The position numbers and the translations under genes are program-made. Under the pieces are notes generated by a model. It had not been told where the DNA came from. It searched no databases and was given only the letters and a program-made list of their open reading frames with translations. From Chthoniobacteraceae bacterium (GTDB taxonomy: Bacteria; Verrucomicrobiota; Verrucomicrobiia; Chthoniobacterales; Chthoniobacteraceae), in the NCBI GenBank assembly GCA_031409335.1, contig JANNWY010000170.1, positions 140,041-204,040 on the forward strand: DNA of 64,000 nt, written 5' to 3'. Of this stretch, positions 1 to 8,402 are shown piece after piece; positions within the stretch are counted from its first letter, which is position 1; every line of letters starts with the position of its first letter.

Positions 1-305
1 TGCGCGACGAGGAAAAGCAAAAGGACGCCCAGCACGGTCAGGGTTTGCCGGAGGGAGAGTTTCAATACCCCGATCAAGTCGAGCTGCAGAAGGTCGGTAT
101 CGTGGATCTTCGAGACAACGAGATCAATGCCAAGGGCCGCCATGATGACGCCCATGTAAATCGCGTATCTGGAATGCGTTACCGGTGTCCCCGCGAGCCG
201 GAAGGAAAAATGCAGCGCAATCCACATCCAGAACAGCCCCGCCGCGACTCCCGCGATCAGGATGCTGTGTAAAACCGTGACTCCTCTGACTCGGTATGTA
301 ATCAT
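1..305 (-). CDS. 5' part of a probable exopolysaccharide priming glycosyltransferase (polyprenyl glycosylphosphotransferase); runs off the window
   Basis: Not in the ORF track. Manual translation from ATG at 305 gives MITYRVRGVTVLHSILIAGVAAGLFWMW...RQTLTVLGVLLLFLVA, open to the window edge with several hydrophobic helices. Divergent from the EPS cluster. The catalytic domain is not visible. Confidence 0.55.
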   Translation of the reverse strand, partial: MITYRVRGVTVLHSILIAGVAAGLFWMWIALHFSFRLAGTPVTHSRYAIYMGVIMAALGIDLVVSKIHDTDLLQLDLIGVLKLSLRQTLTVLGVLLLFLVA

Positions 306-336
306 CTTCGTTGCTTGATGTGTCGTGTTGAATCAG

Positions 337-427
337 TTCGCGATCTGCTATTCAGGATCGCGAATTTTGGGCCGCAAAGTTACGGGATTTTGCGGCGGTA
401 GCGCAACCGGAAAAACACCTATTTTTC
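337..427. promoter_or_regulatory. Cluster of inverted repeats plus an ops-like motif in the divergent intergenic region
   Basis: TTCGCGATC-N10-GATCGCGAA (337-364), GCCGCAAA-N10-TTTGCGGC (371-396), GGCGGTAGCG (394-403, + strand), GAAAAA-N6-TTTTTC (410-427). Confidence 0.35.
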
Positions 428-662
428 TGTAGTCCGAAATTCGCGCGACGGTAGGAAAGGCATGGGCTAAACGCGGTATAACTTGATTGTATAAGAATGT
501 TTCGAGAAGCATTGAGGACATGCAACCCCGCCGACGAATGAACGAGTTTGCGACGAACGAGGTAGCAAGCGCTATTCCGATGTTTAGGTTCCGGTCATTT
601 GCCGCCGTGCAGTTGCTTTCAAATCTTTTCCCGAAACGGGCGAAGCGGCTTCCAGTCGTAAA

Positions 663-2942
663 GTGGCCAAGAACCGATCAAGCGTGAAAAATCTCGGCAT
701 CGATAGCTATCGGGACGCCTTCGTGAATGCGGTTGAAGGCCTCTTCCGATCGACCCTAGATGGGCAATGGATCGAAGTAAATTTAGCTCTGGCAAATATT
801 TGCGGATACGATTCGCCGAAAGAATTCACGTCTTCGATAGCGGACTTGAACACGCAACTTTACATCGAGCCCGGAAGGCGCACGGAGTTCTTGCGGCAGA
901 TGGAGAAGGACGGGCGGGTGGCGGACTTTGAATCAGAGGTCAGGCGAAAGGATGGACGGGCGATTTGGATTTCAGAGTTTGCCCGCACTGTCGTCAATGA
1001 GAAGAAGGAGCCCCTCTATTTTGAGGGCAGCGTTATCGATATCTCGTCGCACAAGCGGGCGGAGTTGGCGCTGAGGAAAAATGAGGAGGAGTTCAGGCTT
1101 TTGGTGGAGACGACGAACGTCGTTCCGTGGGAAGCGGACTTGAAGACCGGGCGATTCTTTTACGTCGGTCCGCAAGCGGTCCCATTTCTCGGTTTTCCAA
1201 TCGCAGACTGGATGCAGGAAGGGTTTTGGGTCAACCGCCTGCATCCGGAAGATCGCGAATGGGTGACGATTACGCGATCGGAAGCGGTGGAAAAGGGAAA
1301 AAGTTTCGAATGTGAATACCGGATGCTGCGAGCCGACGGGCGGGTCGTGTGGGTGCGCGATATGTTGAGCGTAATCCCCTCGGCGGAAGCGGGTTCGATC
1401 CTCGGAGGATTCATGCTGGATGTCACCTACCGGCGGTTCACCGAGGAGTCGCTGAGAGAAAGTCGATATTTTATCGAGCAGATCGCGAGCGCGTCGCCGG
1501 TGATACTTTATCTTTACGACGTGGCGGAACGACGGTGCCTCTATTTGAATGGGCTGGTTGATAAGATCTTGGGCTACTCCACGTGGAATCTGGTGGAAAT
1601 GAGTCCTCTATTCACCCTCGCGCTCGCCCACCCGGCGGAATTCGACGCCCATGTGGCGCACTTTGAAAATCTCGCCCGAGCGACGGAAGGCCAAGTCGTG
1701 GAATGGGAGTTCAGACTTCGCGGCGCGGGCGGAAATTGGGTGTGGCTTCACAGCCGGGACACCGTTTTCAAGGTCTGCCCCGACGGGCGTCCGCTGCAGG
1801 TCGTCGCGGTTGCCACCGACATTACCGCGCACCGCGCCGTGCTCGACAGGCTGGCGAGCAACGAAGCGTTTTTTAGAAAATTGGCGGAAACGACCGGGAT
1901 GATTCCGTTCGAGTTCGAAATGCGATCGGGCAGCTTCACTTACATCGGTCCGCAGGCGGAGTTTCTGTTCGGCCACGCGCTGGCCCAATGGGCGACACCT
2001 GGATTTTGGCAGTCCATCATCCATCCGGAGGACTCCCACGCTGCCGGGCGATTCGCGACGGTGCCTTCGGCAGACGGCGAGCGGGACGTTCACGGGGAAT
2101 TTCGCTTGAGGAAAAGCGATGGAACATTTGTTTGGGTGAGGCAAGTCGTCCGCTATGATCCAGGCGACGATCAGGGCGGACGCGCGCGTGGTTTCCTTTT
2201 CGATATCAGCGAAGCGAAGGCCATCGAACACGAGCGGGAAAGATCGCGGCGCCAATTGCGCGAACTGGGCCTCCGCAATCAATCAGCCCGCGAGGAGGAA
2301 AGGATCAGTGTTGCCCGGGAAATTCACGACGAGTTGGGTCAGGCGCTGACGTTGTTTCGCATTGAACTGACGTGGCTCGAAAATCGAATGTCCAAGGTGC
2401 TTTCCGAACGCGGCGCCGAGCCGGTAGTTCGCAAGATCGGTCAAATGAAACGGATGCTGGATGGAACCCTGCAAACCGTCAGGCGAATCACAACCAACCT
2501 GCGCCCTCCCGTTTTGGACGAACTCGGATTGCGCGCGGCGATCGAATGGCAGGCCGAGGGATTCTCCCGGAGAGTCGGCATCCGCTGCGAAGTCGATGCC
2601 CAATCAATCGAGTGTTCGTGCAAAGACACATCGACCGCACTTTTCCGGATATTTCAGGAGATTCTTACCAACGTTGCCCGACATGCGCAGGCGTCGCGAG
2701 TTCGGGTGAAACTTCACTGCGAACTCGGTTGTTTCGTCTTGATCGTGTCCGACAACGGTCGTGGATTCGCCACGGAATCCGGCGCAAAGCCGAATAGTTT
2801 CGGATTGTTGGGCATGGGCGAAAGAGCTGAAGCTCTCGGGGGCCGGTTGGAAATCTCGTCTGGCTTGGCTCAAGGCACCACGGTGACTGTGCGCCTTCCG
2901 ATTCGAGAAGATCCGCCCGAATCCCTGGAAGACCCGCCCTGA
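663..2942 (+). CDS. Cytoplasmic multi-PAS sensor histidine kinase (HisKA_3, NarX/UhpB type)
   Basis: Four PAS/PAC repeats (e.g. RLHPEDRE...EYRMLRADGRVVWV), H-box ERISVAREIHDELGQAL, ATPase motifs EILTNVARHA, DNGRGF, FGLLGM. No transmembrane segment. Confidence 0.95.
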   Translation: MAKNRSSVKNLGIDSYRDAFVNAVEGLFRSTLDGQWIEVNLALANICGYDSPKEFTSSIADLNTQLYIEPGRRTEFLRQMEKDGRVADFESEVRRKDGRAIWISEFARTVVNEKKEPLYFEGSVIDISSHKRAELALRKNEEEFRLLVETTNVVPWEADLKTGRFFYVGPQAVPFLGFPIADWMQEGFWVNRLHPEDREWVTITRSEAVEKGKSFECEYRMLRADGRVVWVRDMLSVIPSAEAGSILGGFMLDVTYRRFTEESLRESRYFIEQIASASPVILYLYDVAERRCLYLNGLVDKILGYSTWNLVEMSPLFTLALAHPAEFDAHVAHFENLARATEGQVVEWEFRLRGAGGNWVWLHSRDTVFKVCPDGRPLQVVAVATDITAHRAVLDRLASNEAFFRKLAETTGMIPFEFEMRSGSFTYIGPQAEFLFGHALAQWATPGFWQSIIHPEDSHAAGRFATVPSADGERDVHGEFRLRKSDGTFVWVRQVVRYDPGDDQGGRARGFLFDISEAKAIEHERERSRRQLRELGLRNQSAREEERISVAREIHDELGQALTLFRIELTWLENRMSKVLSERGAEPVVRKIGQMKRMLDGTLQTVRRITTNLRPPVLDELGLRAAIEWQAEGFSRRVGIRCEVDAQSIECSCKDTSTALFRIFQEILTNVARHAQASRVRVKLHCELGCFVLIVSDNGRGFATESGAKPNSFGLLGMGERAEALGGRLEISSGLAQGTTVTVRLPIREDPPESLEDPP

Positions 2943-3054
2943 TTCTCAACTTCGACAAAAATACGTGGTTTGCGCGATTATTGCTCTAGTCTGCCTCAGT
3001 TGACCGCGTTTGAAAGTTCATTATATGGACGATCAGCGTTGAGAATCCATAATT

Positions 3055-3711
3055 ATGGCAAAAAATATAAAGATACTCATTGTTGACGATCATTTTATCG
3101 TCAGACAGGGGCTGAAGCAGGTTTTGAAAGAGCATTTCAAACACGCTGAATTCGGCGAGGCGAGTGATGGCCGGGAGGCACTCGACAAAGTTTGGGAAAC
3201 GCAATGGGACGTCGTCCTCCTCGACATCAGTATGCCTGGCCGTGGAGGTTTGGATGCTCTCAAAGATCTCAAGCAAGCGCGCCCGGAGCTTCCGATCATC
3301 ATTTTGAGCATGCATTCAGAGGATCAGTTCGCGATTCGAGTGATGAAACTTGGCGCGTGCGCCTACATTCGGAAAGACAGCGCCGGGCAGGATTTGGTGA
3401 CCGGAGTCGAAGCTGCATTGAGAGGTGCACGCTACATCACCGCGAGCTTGGCAGAAAAATTGGCGAATCACCTTCAGGAAGACCGCAAGGGGCCTGTTCA
3501 CGAGGAACTGTCGGATCGCGAATATCAAGTGATGTGCATGATTGCCGCAGGCAAAACGGTGAAAGAGGTCGCCGGAGGGCTCTCGTTGAGCGTGAAAACG
3601 GTCTCCACTTATCGAAAACGCGTCATCGAAAAAATGGGACTTAAGAATAATTCTCAGATAATGCGCTACGCTGTCCGGCACGGGCTGGTCGATGTCGATG
3701 CGTCTGCTTAA
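3055..3711 (+). CDS. NarL/FixJ-family response regulator (REC + LuxR HTH)
   Basis: ILIVDDH, VLLDISMPG, LSDREYQV...LSLSVKTVSTYR. Confidence 0.95.
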   Translation: MAKNIKILIVDDHFIVRQGLKQVLKEHFKHAEFGEASDGREALDKVWETQWDVVLLDISMPGRGGLDALKDLKQARPELPIIILSMHSEDQFAIRVMKLGACAYIRKDSAGQDLVTGVEAALRGARYITASLAEKLANHLQEDRKGPVHEELSDREYQVMCMIAAGKTVKEVAGGLSLSVKTVSTYRKRVIEKMGLKNNSQIMRYAVRHGLVDVDASA

Positions 3712-3747
3712 TCGTTCCTGGGCAGCTTCTCGATTCAGGGTCGCTAC

Positions 3748-3772
3748 CCGCTTCCACGCAGCGGTTTTTTTT
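3748..3772 (+). terminator. Putative intrinsic terminator after the two-component genes
   Basis: CCGCT-N7-AGCGG stem followed by T8, about 35 nt after the stop codon. Confidence 0.55.
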
Positions 3773-4089
3773 GAAGATATTTCCCGTCGCTCCAAAGTTC
3801 GATGCGATATAATGCGGTCCCGATCAAGCGTCCTACACAGCATTCAGCCGTTCCCCCATTTGCCACCTGCTGCTCCCTGAATACGCTTCACTTATCGAGT
3901 TGAGCCGGATTTAGTTGTCGCCTCCCAGCGATGCGCCCGCTTCAGGTGATGCGAGCACGAAAATGACAAGCCACACTGAAACGGTTGCAGTTTTGCCTGC
4001 CGACCAAGTGCGGCAGCCTGCCTCGAAATGCAGAAATTTATCCAGCGATTCCCTTCATTCGATCGCAGACTTTGACTGGCAATAGTCAC

Positions 4090-5652
4090 ATGCGTGCGCT
4101 AGCCGACACTGACCACGATTCCACCCCACCCGGTTGGATGCACATCATTCTCGTTGTATCGATTCCGGTGATTGCATGGAGTGCGTTTATCAGGAAAATG
4201 ACGACGGATTGGTCCACGAACAGCCAGTATGAATTTGGCTACTTCGTCCCGTTCTTCATCCTCTATCTGCTCGCGCGCCGCTGGGGATCAAGGCCTCCTG
4301 CTTCGCGAGATTTGTCCACTCGCCTCGCAGCCATCCTTGGCATTGGAATTCTGCTACTCTTGCTCCCCATCCGAATCATCCAAGAAGCGAGTCCAGACTG
4401 GCGTCCCCTCAATTGGCTCCACGGAACTCTGCTCGTGATCTTGAGCTTGGTGCCATTTGCGATCATCGGTGGCTGGGCGTGGGTCCGTCATTTTTCACTC
4501 CCGTTCCTGCTAATCTTTGCTGCCCTTCCGTGGCCGCTAAGCACCGAGCAAGCAGTGTTGCAGGGTCTCTCGCGAGTAGTCACCACGTTCACGGTGGAAC
4601 TGCTAAACATGATCAACATTCCCGCCCTCCAAAGGGGCAATGTAATCGACATGGCGGCCGGCTCGGTCGGAGTTGCGGACGCATGCAGCGGCATCCGATC
4701 CCTCGCGGGAACACTGATGGCCTCGATCTTCTTCGGTGAGTTTTTCCGACTTGGCGCAACAAACCGGCTGATCCTCGTTTTAGGGGGATGCCTAATCTCA
4801 TTCGGACTCAATCTATTCCGGGCATTCTTCCTCAGTTGGCGCGCCGCGGTGGAAGGCCTCCAATCGATCGAGAAGTGGCACGACCCCGCAGGATTGACGA
4901 TATTCGCAATCTCGTTTGCTGGCCTCTGGTTTCTTGCAAATTGGATGACGAAAGGAGAACCCCAACCCAATCTGCCCGACCCGGAGAAGTTCCAGCTCCC
5001 GAGTTTTGGTTACAAATGGATCGTGCCCGGCGTGTTATGGACCATCGCGATCGGTGTGATTTCCGAAATGTGGTATCGAAACCGAGAAGGAAAACGACCC
5101 GTCCCGATCGCCTGGAGCTTGGAATGGCCACCAGAAAGTGCATCATTCAAGTTCACTCCCGTTCCCCCGGAAACCCGCGCGATCTTACGCTATTCAAGCG
5201 GCAAATCCGCGTCATTCCGCTGGAACGACGGCTCTGCCTGGCAAGTGTTCTTCTTTCACTGGGCTCCCGGAAAATCATCGGTCCAACTGGCGACCATGCA
5301 CCGCCCGGAGGTGTGTCTGCCGGCTGTGGGTTTCCGATATGTTTCGGAGGCGAGTGCTCTCGAAATGTCACTCCCCGGCGTCACATTGCCATTCTCTGGG
5401 GGCATTTTTGATTGCGAAAGCGGTCGTGTCTATGTCTATCGTTGTTTATGGGAAGATTTTCCAATTATCGGGCTCACAAGAGATCGAAATTTCGACATGA
5501 GTGTGACCGGGCGCTTGCTCAGCGCCTGGCACGGTCGCCGAAACTTGGGGCAGCGTCTTCTTCAAGTAGTCATTCAAGGAGCCCCAAGCGAGGAGTCTGC
5601 AAGGGAGCAACTTCGCACCAAATTAGCGGACTTAGTTGAACTCAAAGGATGA
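4090..5652 (+). CDS. Exosortase/archaeosortase-family protein with a C-terminal EpsI-like domain
   Basis: Multi-TM protein with catalytic VADACSGIRSL, NLFRA and WHDPAG motifs; C-terminal HRPEVCLPAVG motif. ATG at 4090 preferred over TTG at 3985. Confidence 0.92.
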   Translation: MRALADTDHDSTPPGWMHIILVVSIPVIAWSAFIRKMTTDWSTNSQYEFGYFVPFFILYLLARRWGSRPPASRDLSTRLAAILGIGILLLLLPIRIIQEASPDWRPLNWLHGTLLVILSLVPFAIIGGWAWVRHFSLPFLLIFAALPWPLSTEQAVLQGLSRVVTTFTVELLNMINIPALQRGNVIDMAAGSVGVADACSGIRSLAGTLMASIFFGEFFRLGATNRLILVLGGCLISFGLNLFRAFFLSWRAAVEGLQSIEKWHDPAGLTIFAISFAGLWFLANWMTKGEPQPNLPDPEKFQLPSFGYKWIVPGVLWTIAIGVISEMWYRNREGKRPVPIAWSLEWPPESASFKFTPVPPETRAILRYSSGKSASFRWNDGSAWQVFFFHWAPGKSSVQLATMHRPEVCLPAVGFRYVSEASALEMSLPGVTLPFSGGIFDCESGRVYVYRCLWEDFPIIGLTRDRNFDMSVTGRLLSAWHGRRNLGQRLLQVVIQGAPSEESAREQLRTKLADLVELKG

Positions 5653-5681
5653 GCCTTTCGAATCAATAGGCGGGTAGCTCC

Positions 5682-7307
5682 ATGATAGATAACGGGACAA
5701 TTGCAGCCAAAAAACAGCGCTGGCCAATCGTGAAAAACGCCTTCTTTCGGTTGAAAATGGCTGTTGGAATAGTTTGGTGTGTATCTGCTTTCACGATTCC
5801 GCTTTTTCACGCGACCCATGCGCTGGCAAGCGATCAGTCGGCGCAGATCTCGACTGCGGCGAAAGCAAAGGCAACTCAGGAGACGCCTTCGTGGGAAGAG
5901 CCCAACCTATTCCCTCAAGACTTGCCGGACTTGACGACAGCGAATCGCCCGAATCGCAAACCACGATCATCCAATGAAACTGACGGGCGCAATCCGCCAA
6001 CACCCATAGAGACTAGCGAGACGAATCAAACGACTCAGGACGTTTCTTCCACCTCATTTCGATCCAAACTCGGAGACCTCAGCTTCCCCGAAACTCCGGC
6101 GATCGGCTTGGATTCAAACCATCAGAGAGACGCCATCCTTGCGAAGTTGCAAAATGAGGAGCCAACCCAACCTTACAACATCAAAATTGGGCGACTTCCA
6201 TTGTTGATGCGGGGAGGCTTTAGCGCTGAATTCACAGACAATATAAGGCGATCGAAACAGAACAAGAATGCGGAACTCACAATGATTCCGCGATTGGATA
6301 TCTCGGGCTTTGTCAAACTTGGGTCGAAATTGAGTCTCTCTATCGGATTCGGTGTGGGATACATCAAACACGTGGCCGACAGTGGTAACGATCGATTCTT
6401 AGTATCCGCTCCCATTTCGCTCACGCCAGATAGCGGGATATCATTGAACATTAAGATCGGAAAATTCCTTATTAACGTGTATGACAGACCTACGCTACCC
6501 CAGTTCCAGGCCGACGCTGTGACTCAACGCCAGCAGAACCAATACAGCCAATTCACCAATATTGCAGGGATCAGGGCGTTCTGGGACGTGAATAGCAGTA
6601 CAAGCGTTTCCTTTGAATATGCGCACGTGAATTCTTTTTCGTTTTCGTCGGACCAAAACACAAGTGACGGGTCAACTAATTCATTCATGGCGTCGCTCTC
6701 ATATAAACTGAGTGATTCCCTCGGCCTTGGAATCAATGCCAGTGCTGAGAAAACGACTTACGACAGCGACTTCCGAAACAATGGGACTACTTACCATATC
6801 GGTCCTTCTGCATCGCTGCAGTTGTCCAGATTTCTCCGCGTTCAGGCGAGTGTGGGATATCAGGGAGGTTCCTATGGCAACTCGGGATCTGTTGCTGACA
6901 GCTCGGCGCTCGGGACTTTTTTTGCAAGTGTCCGTATCGAAAACGAACTCAATAGTCATATCTCTCACAGCCTCGCCCTCGGCAGACAATCACAGCAGGG
7001 TTCAGTGTCGAATTTCGCGGTAACAAATTACGTCAGATATTACATCGGATGGGATCTGGTGCGAGGTGTCAATATTGGCGCGAATGCTTCGTTTGAAGAT
7101 ATCGAAGAGTCGGGTGGATTGTTTGCCGCACATTTCCGAACCTTTGCACTCGGAGTATCCTGCAGCACCCAGCTTACGAAACGAATTACGCTAAGTTTAC
7201 TGTATTCCTTCACGACCCGATATGTGATCGATGACGCGGGTTCTCAAAACTCCTTGCTGGACTACAATGAAAATCGAATCAGCCTCTTCATGGGATATAC
7301 GTTCTAA
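5682..7307 (+). CDS. EPS-associated outer-membrane beta-barrel protein
   Basis: Signal-like N-terminus (alternative start ATG 5757), low-complexity linker, alternating amphipathic strands and C-terminal ...LFMGYTF. Adjacent to OPX and Wzc. Confidence 0.8.
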   Translation: MIDNGTIAAKKQRWPIVKNAFFRLKMAVGIVWCVSAFTIPLFHATHALASDQSAQISTAAKAKATQETPSWEEPNLFPQDLPDLTTANRPNRKPRSSNETDGRNPPTPIETSETNQTTQDVSSTSFRSKLGDLSFPETPAIGLDSNHQRDAILAKLQNEEPTQPYNIKIGRLPLLMRGGFSAEFTDNIRRSKQNKNAELTMIPRLDISGFVKLGSKLSLSIGFGVGYIKHVADSGNDRFLVSAPISLTPDSGISLNIKIGKFLINVYDRPTLPQFQADAVTQRQQNQYSQFTNIAGIRAFWDVNSSTSVSFEYAHVNSFSFSSDQNTSDGSTNSFMASLSYKLSDSLGLGINASAEKTTYDSDFRNNGTTYHIGPSASLQLSRFLRVQASVGYQGGSYGNSGSVADSSALGTFFASVRIENELNSHISHSLALGRQSQQGSVSNFAVTNYVRYYIGWDLVRGVNIGANASFEDIEESGGLFAAHFRTFALGVSCSTQLTKRITLSLLYSFTTRYVIDDAGSQNSLLDYNENRISLFMGYTF

Positions 7308-7473
7308 GACCCAGAACAGCACACGCACTTGCGCCATCATGGACCACTATGCGATTCAAATGCACAGCCAAATATTCGGGCCAATGTTCAGCATGCCGGA
7401 TTTCAAATTCGATTTCATTTTGCACGGCGCAAGCTCTCTTGAATTCTCAAGAATGCGCAAAACTAATTATCAT

Positions 7474-8331
7474 ATGAAGTTCCTGCATATTATTTCACTG
7501 GCGACAGTCTTGTTCTTCTCGGGACAATTCGTCCCTGCCGCACAAGGCGCAGAGATTAAGGCCCCGCGAGGCAGTGTCGCGGAGAAAGGGAGGCCAAAGG
7601 GGATGTTGACCCGACCAGAAGGTAAAATTGAGCAATTGATCGGCGATAGCCGTTCGGAGCCGGCGCTTTTCAATGATCCGCCTTCTTCATCGATTCCCGT
7701 CAGAAAAGCACTTCAAGTTGAACCAGACCCGGAAGAAAAGAATGAAGGATCGAGTGCTGCTTTCCTACCCAACACGATGGATGGTCTAAACGATAAACGA
7801 AATCTAACGAGCGGTGACAGATTGAGTTTCAAAGTGGTGGAAGACGAGAGTCTGCCTCGCGGATTAACTGTTACGGATTCTATGGAGATTGATGTTCCTT
7901 ATCTTGGACGTGTATCCGCAGTAAATAAAACATGCAAACAGTTCGCTTATCACGTCAAGCGACTTCTGGAAAAGGAGTATTACTTCCAAGCGACAGTGAT
8001 CGTCGGTTTGGATTCGGCCGGCAGTTCAGGGCGCGTGGCCTCCAGAGGAAAATTCTATCTTATGGGGCAAGTGCGCAATCAAGGTGCGATGGATATACCC
8101 GCAGACGAGGTCTTAAAAGTCACCACTGCAATCCTGCGGGCTGGGGGCTTTGGGCCATACGCAAACAAGCGAAAGGTGAGACTTGTTCGGGCAACGAAAG
8201 ATGGCCAGAAAGCCAAGCCGAAGATTATTGATTGCGCTGAGATACTCGACGATGGACTCTGGGACAAGGACGTCGAAATCATTCCAGGCGACGTCATCAC
8301 GGTTCCAGAAAGACTAATCAACATTTTTTAG
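7474..8331 (+). CDS. Polysaccharide export protein (OPX/Wza-like, Poly_export + SLBB)
   Basis: LTSGDRLSFKV, IDVPYLGRVSAVNKT, GQVRNQG, AILRAGG, PGDVITVPE; signal peptide from ATG 7474. Confidence 0.9.
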   Translation: MKFLHIISLATVLFFSGQFVPAAQGAEIKAPRGSVAEKGRPKGMLTRPEGKIEQLIGDSRSEPALFNDPPSSSIPVRKALQVEPDPEEKNEGSSAAFLPNTMDGLNDKRNLTSGDRLSFKVVEDESLPRGLTVTDSMEIDVPYLGRVSAVNKTCKQFAYHVKRLLEKEYYFQATVIVGLDSAGSSGRVASRGKFYLMGQVRNQGAMDIPADEVLKVTTAILRAGGFGPYANKRKVRLVRATKDGQKAKPKIIDCAEILDDGLWDKDVEIIPGDVITVPERLINIF

Positions 8332-8402
8332 GACGAACCATTGGACTGGCAGTTGCAAGGGCAGAAAATAATGGACGTGTAGCAATTCACTGACCGCATA
8401 AA

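Noticed and set aside
45..687. Short + strand ORFs 45-272 and 487-687
   Set aside because: The first is antisense to the minus-strand membrane protein; the second lies in the probable promoter region and has no features.
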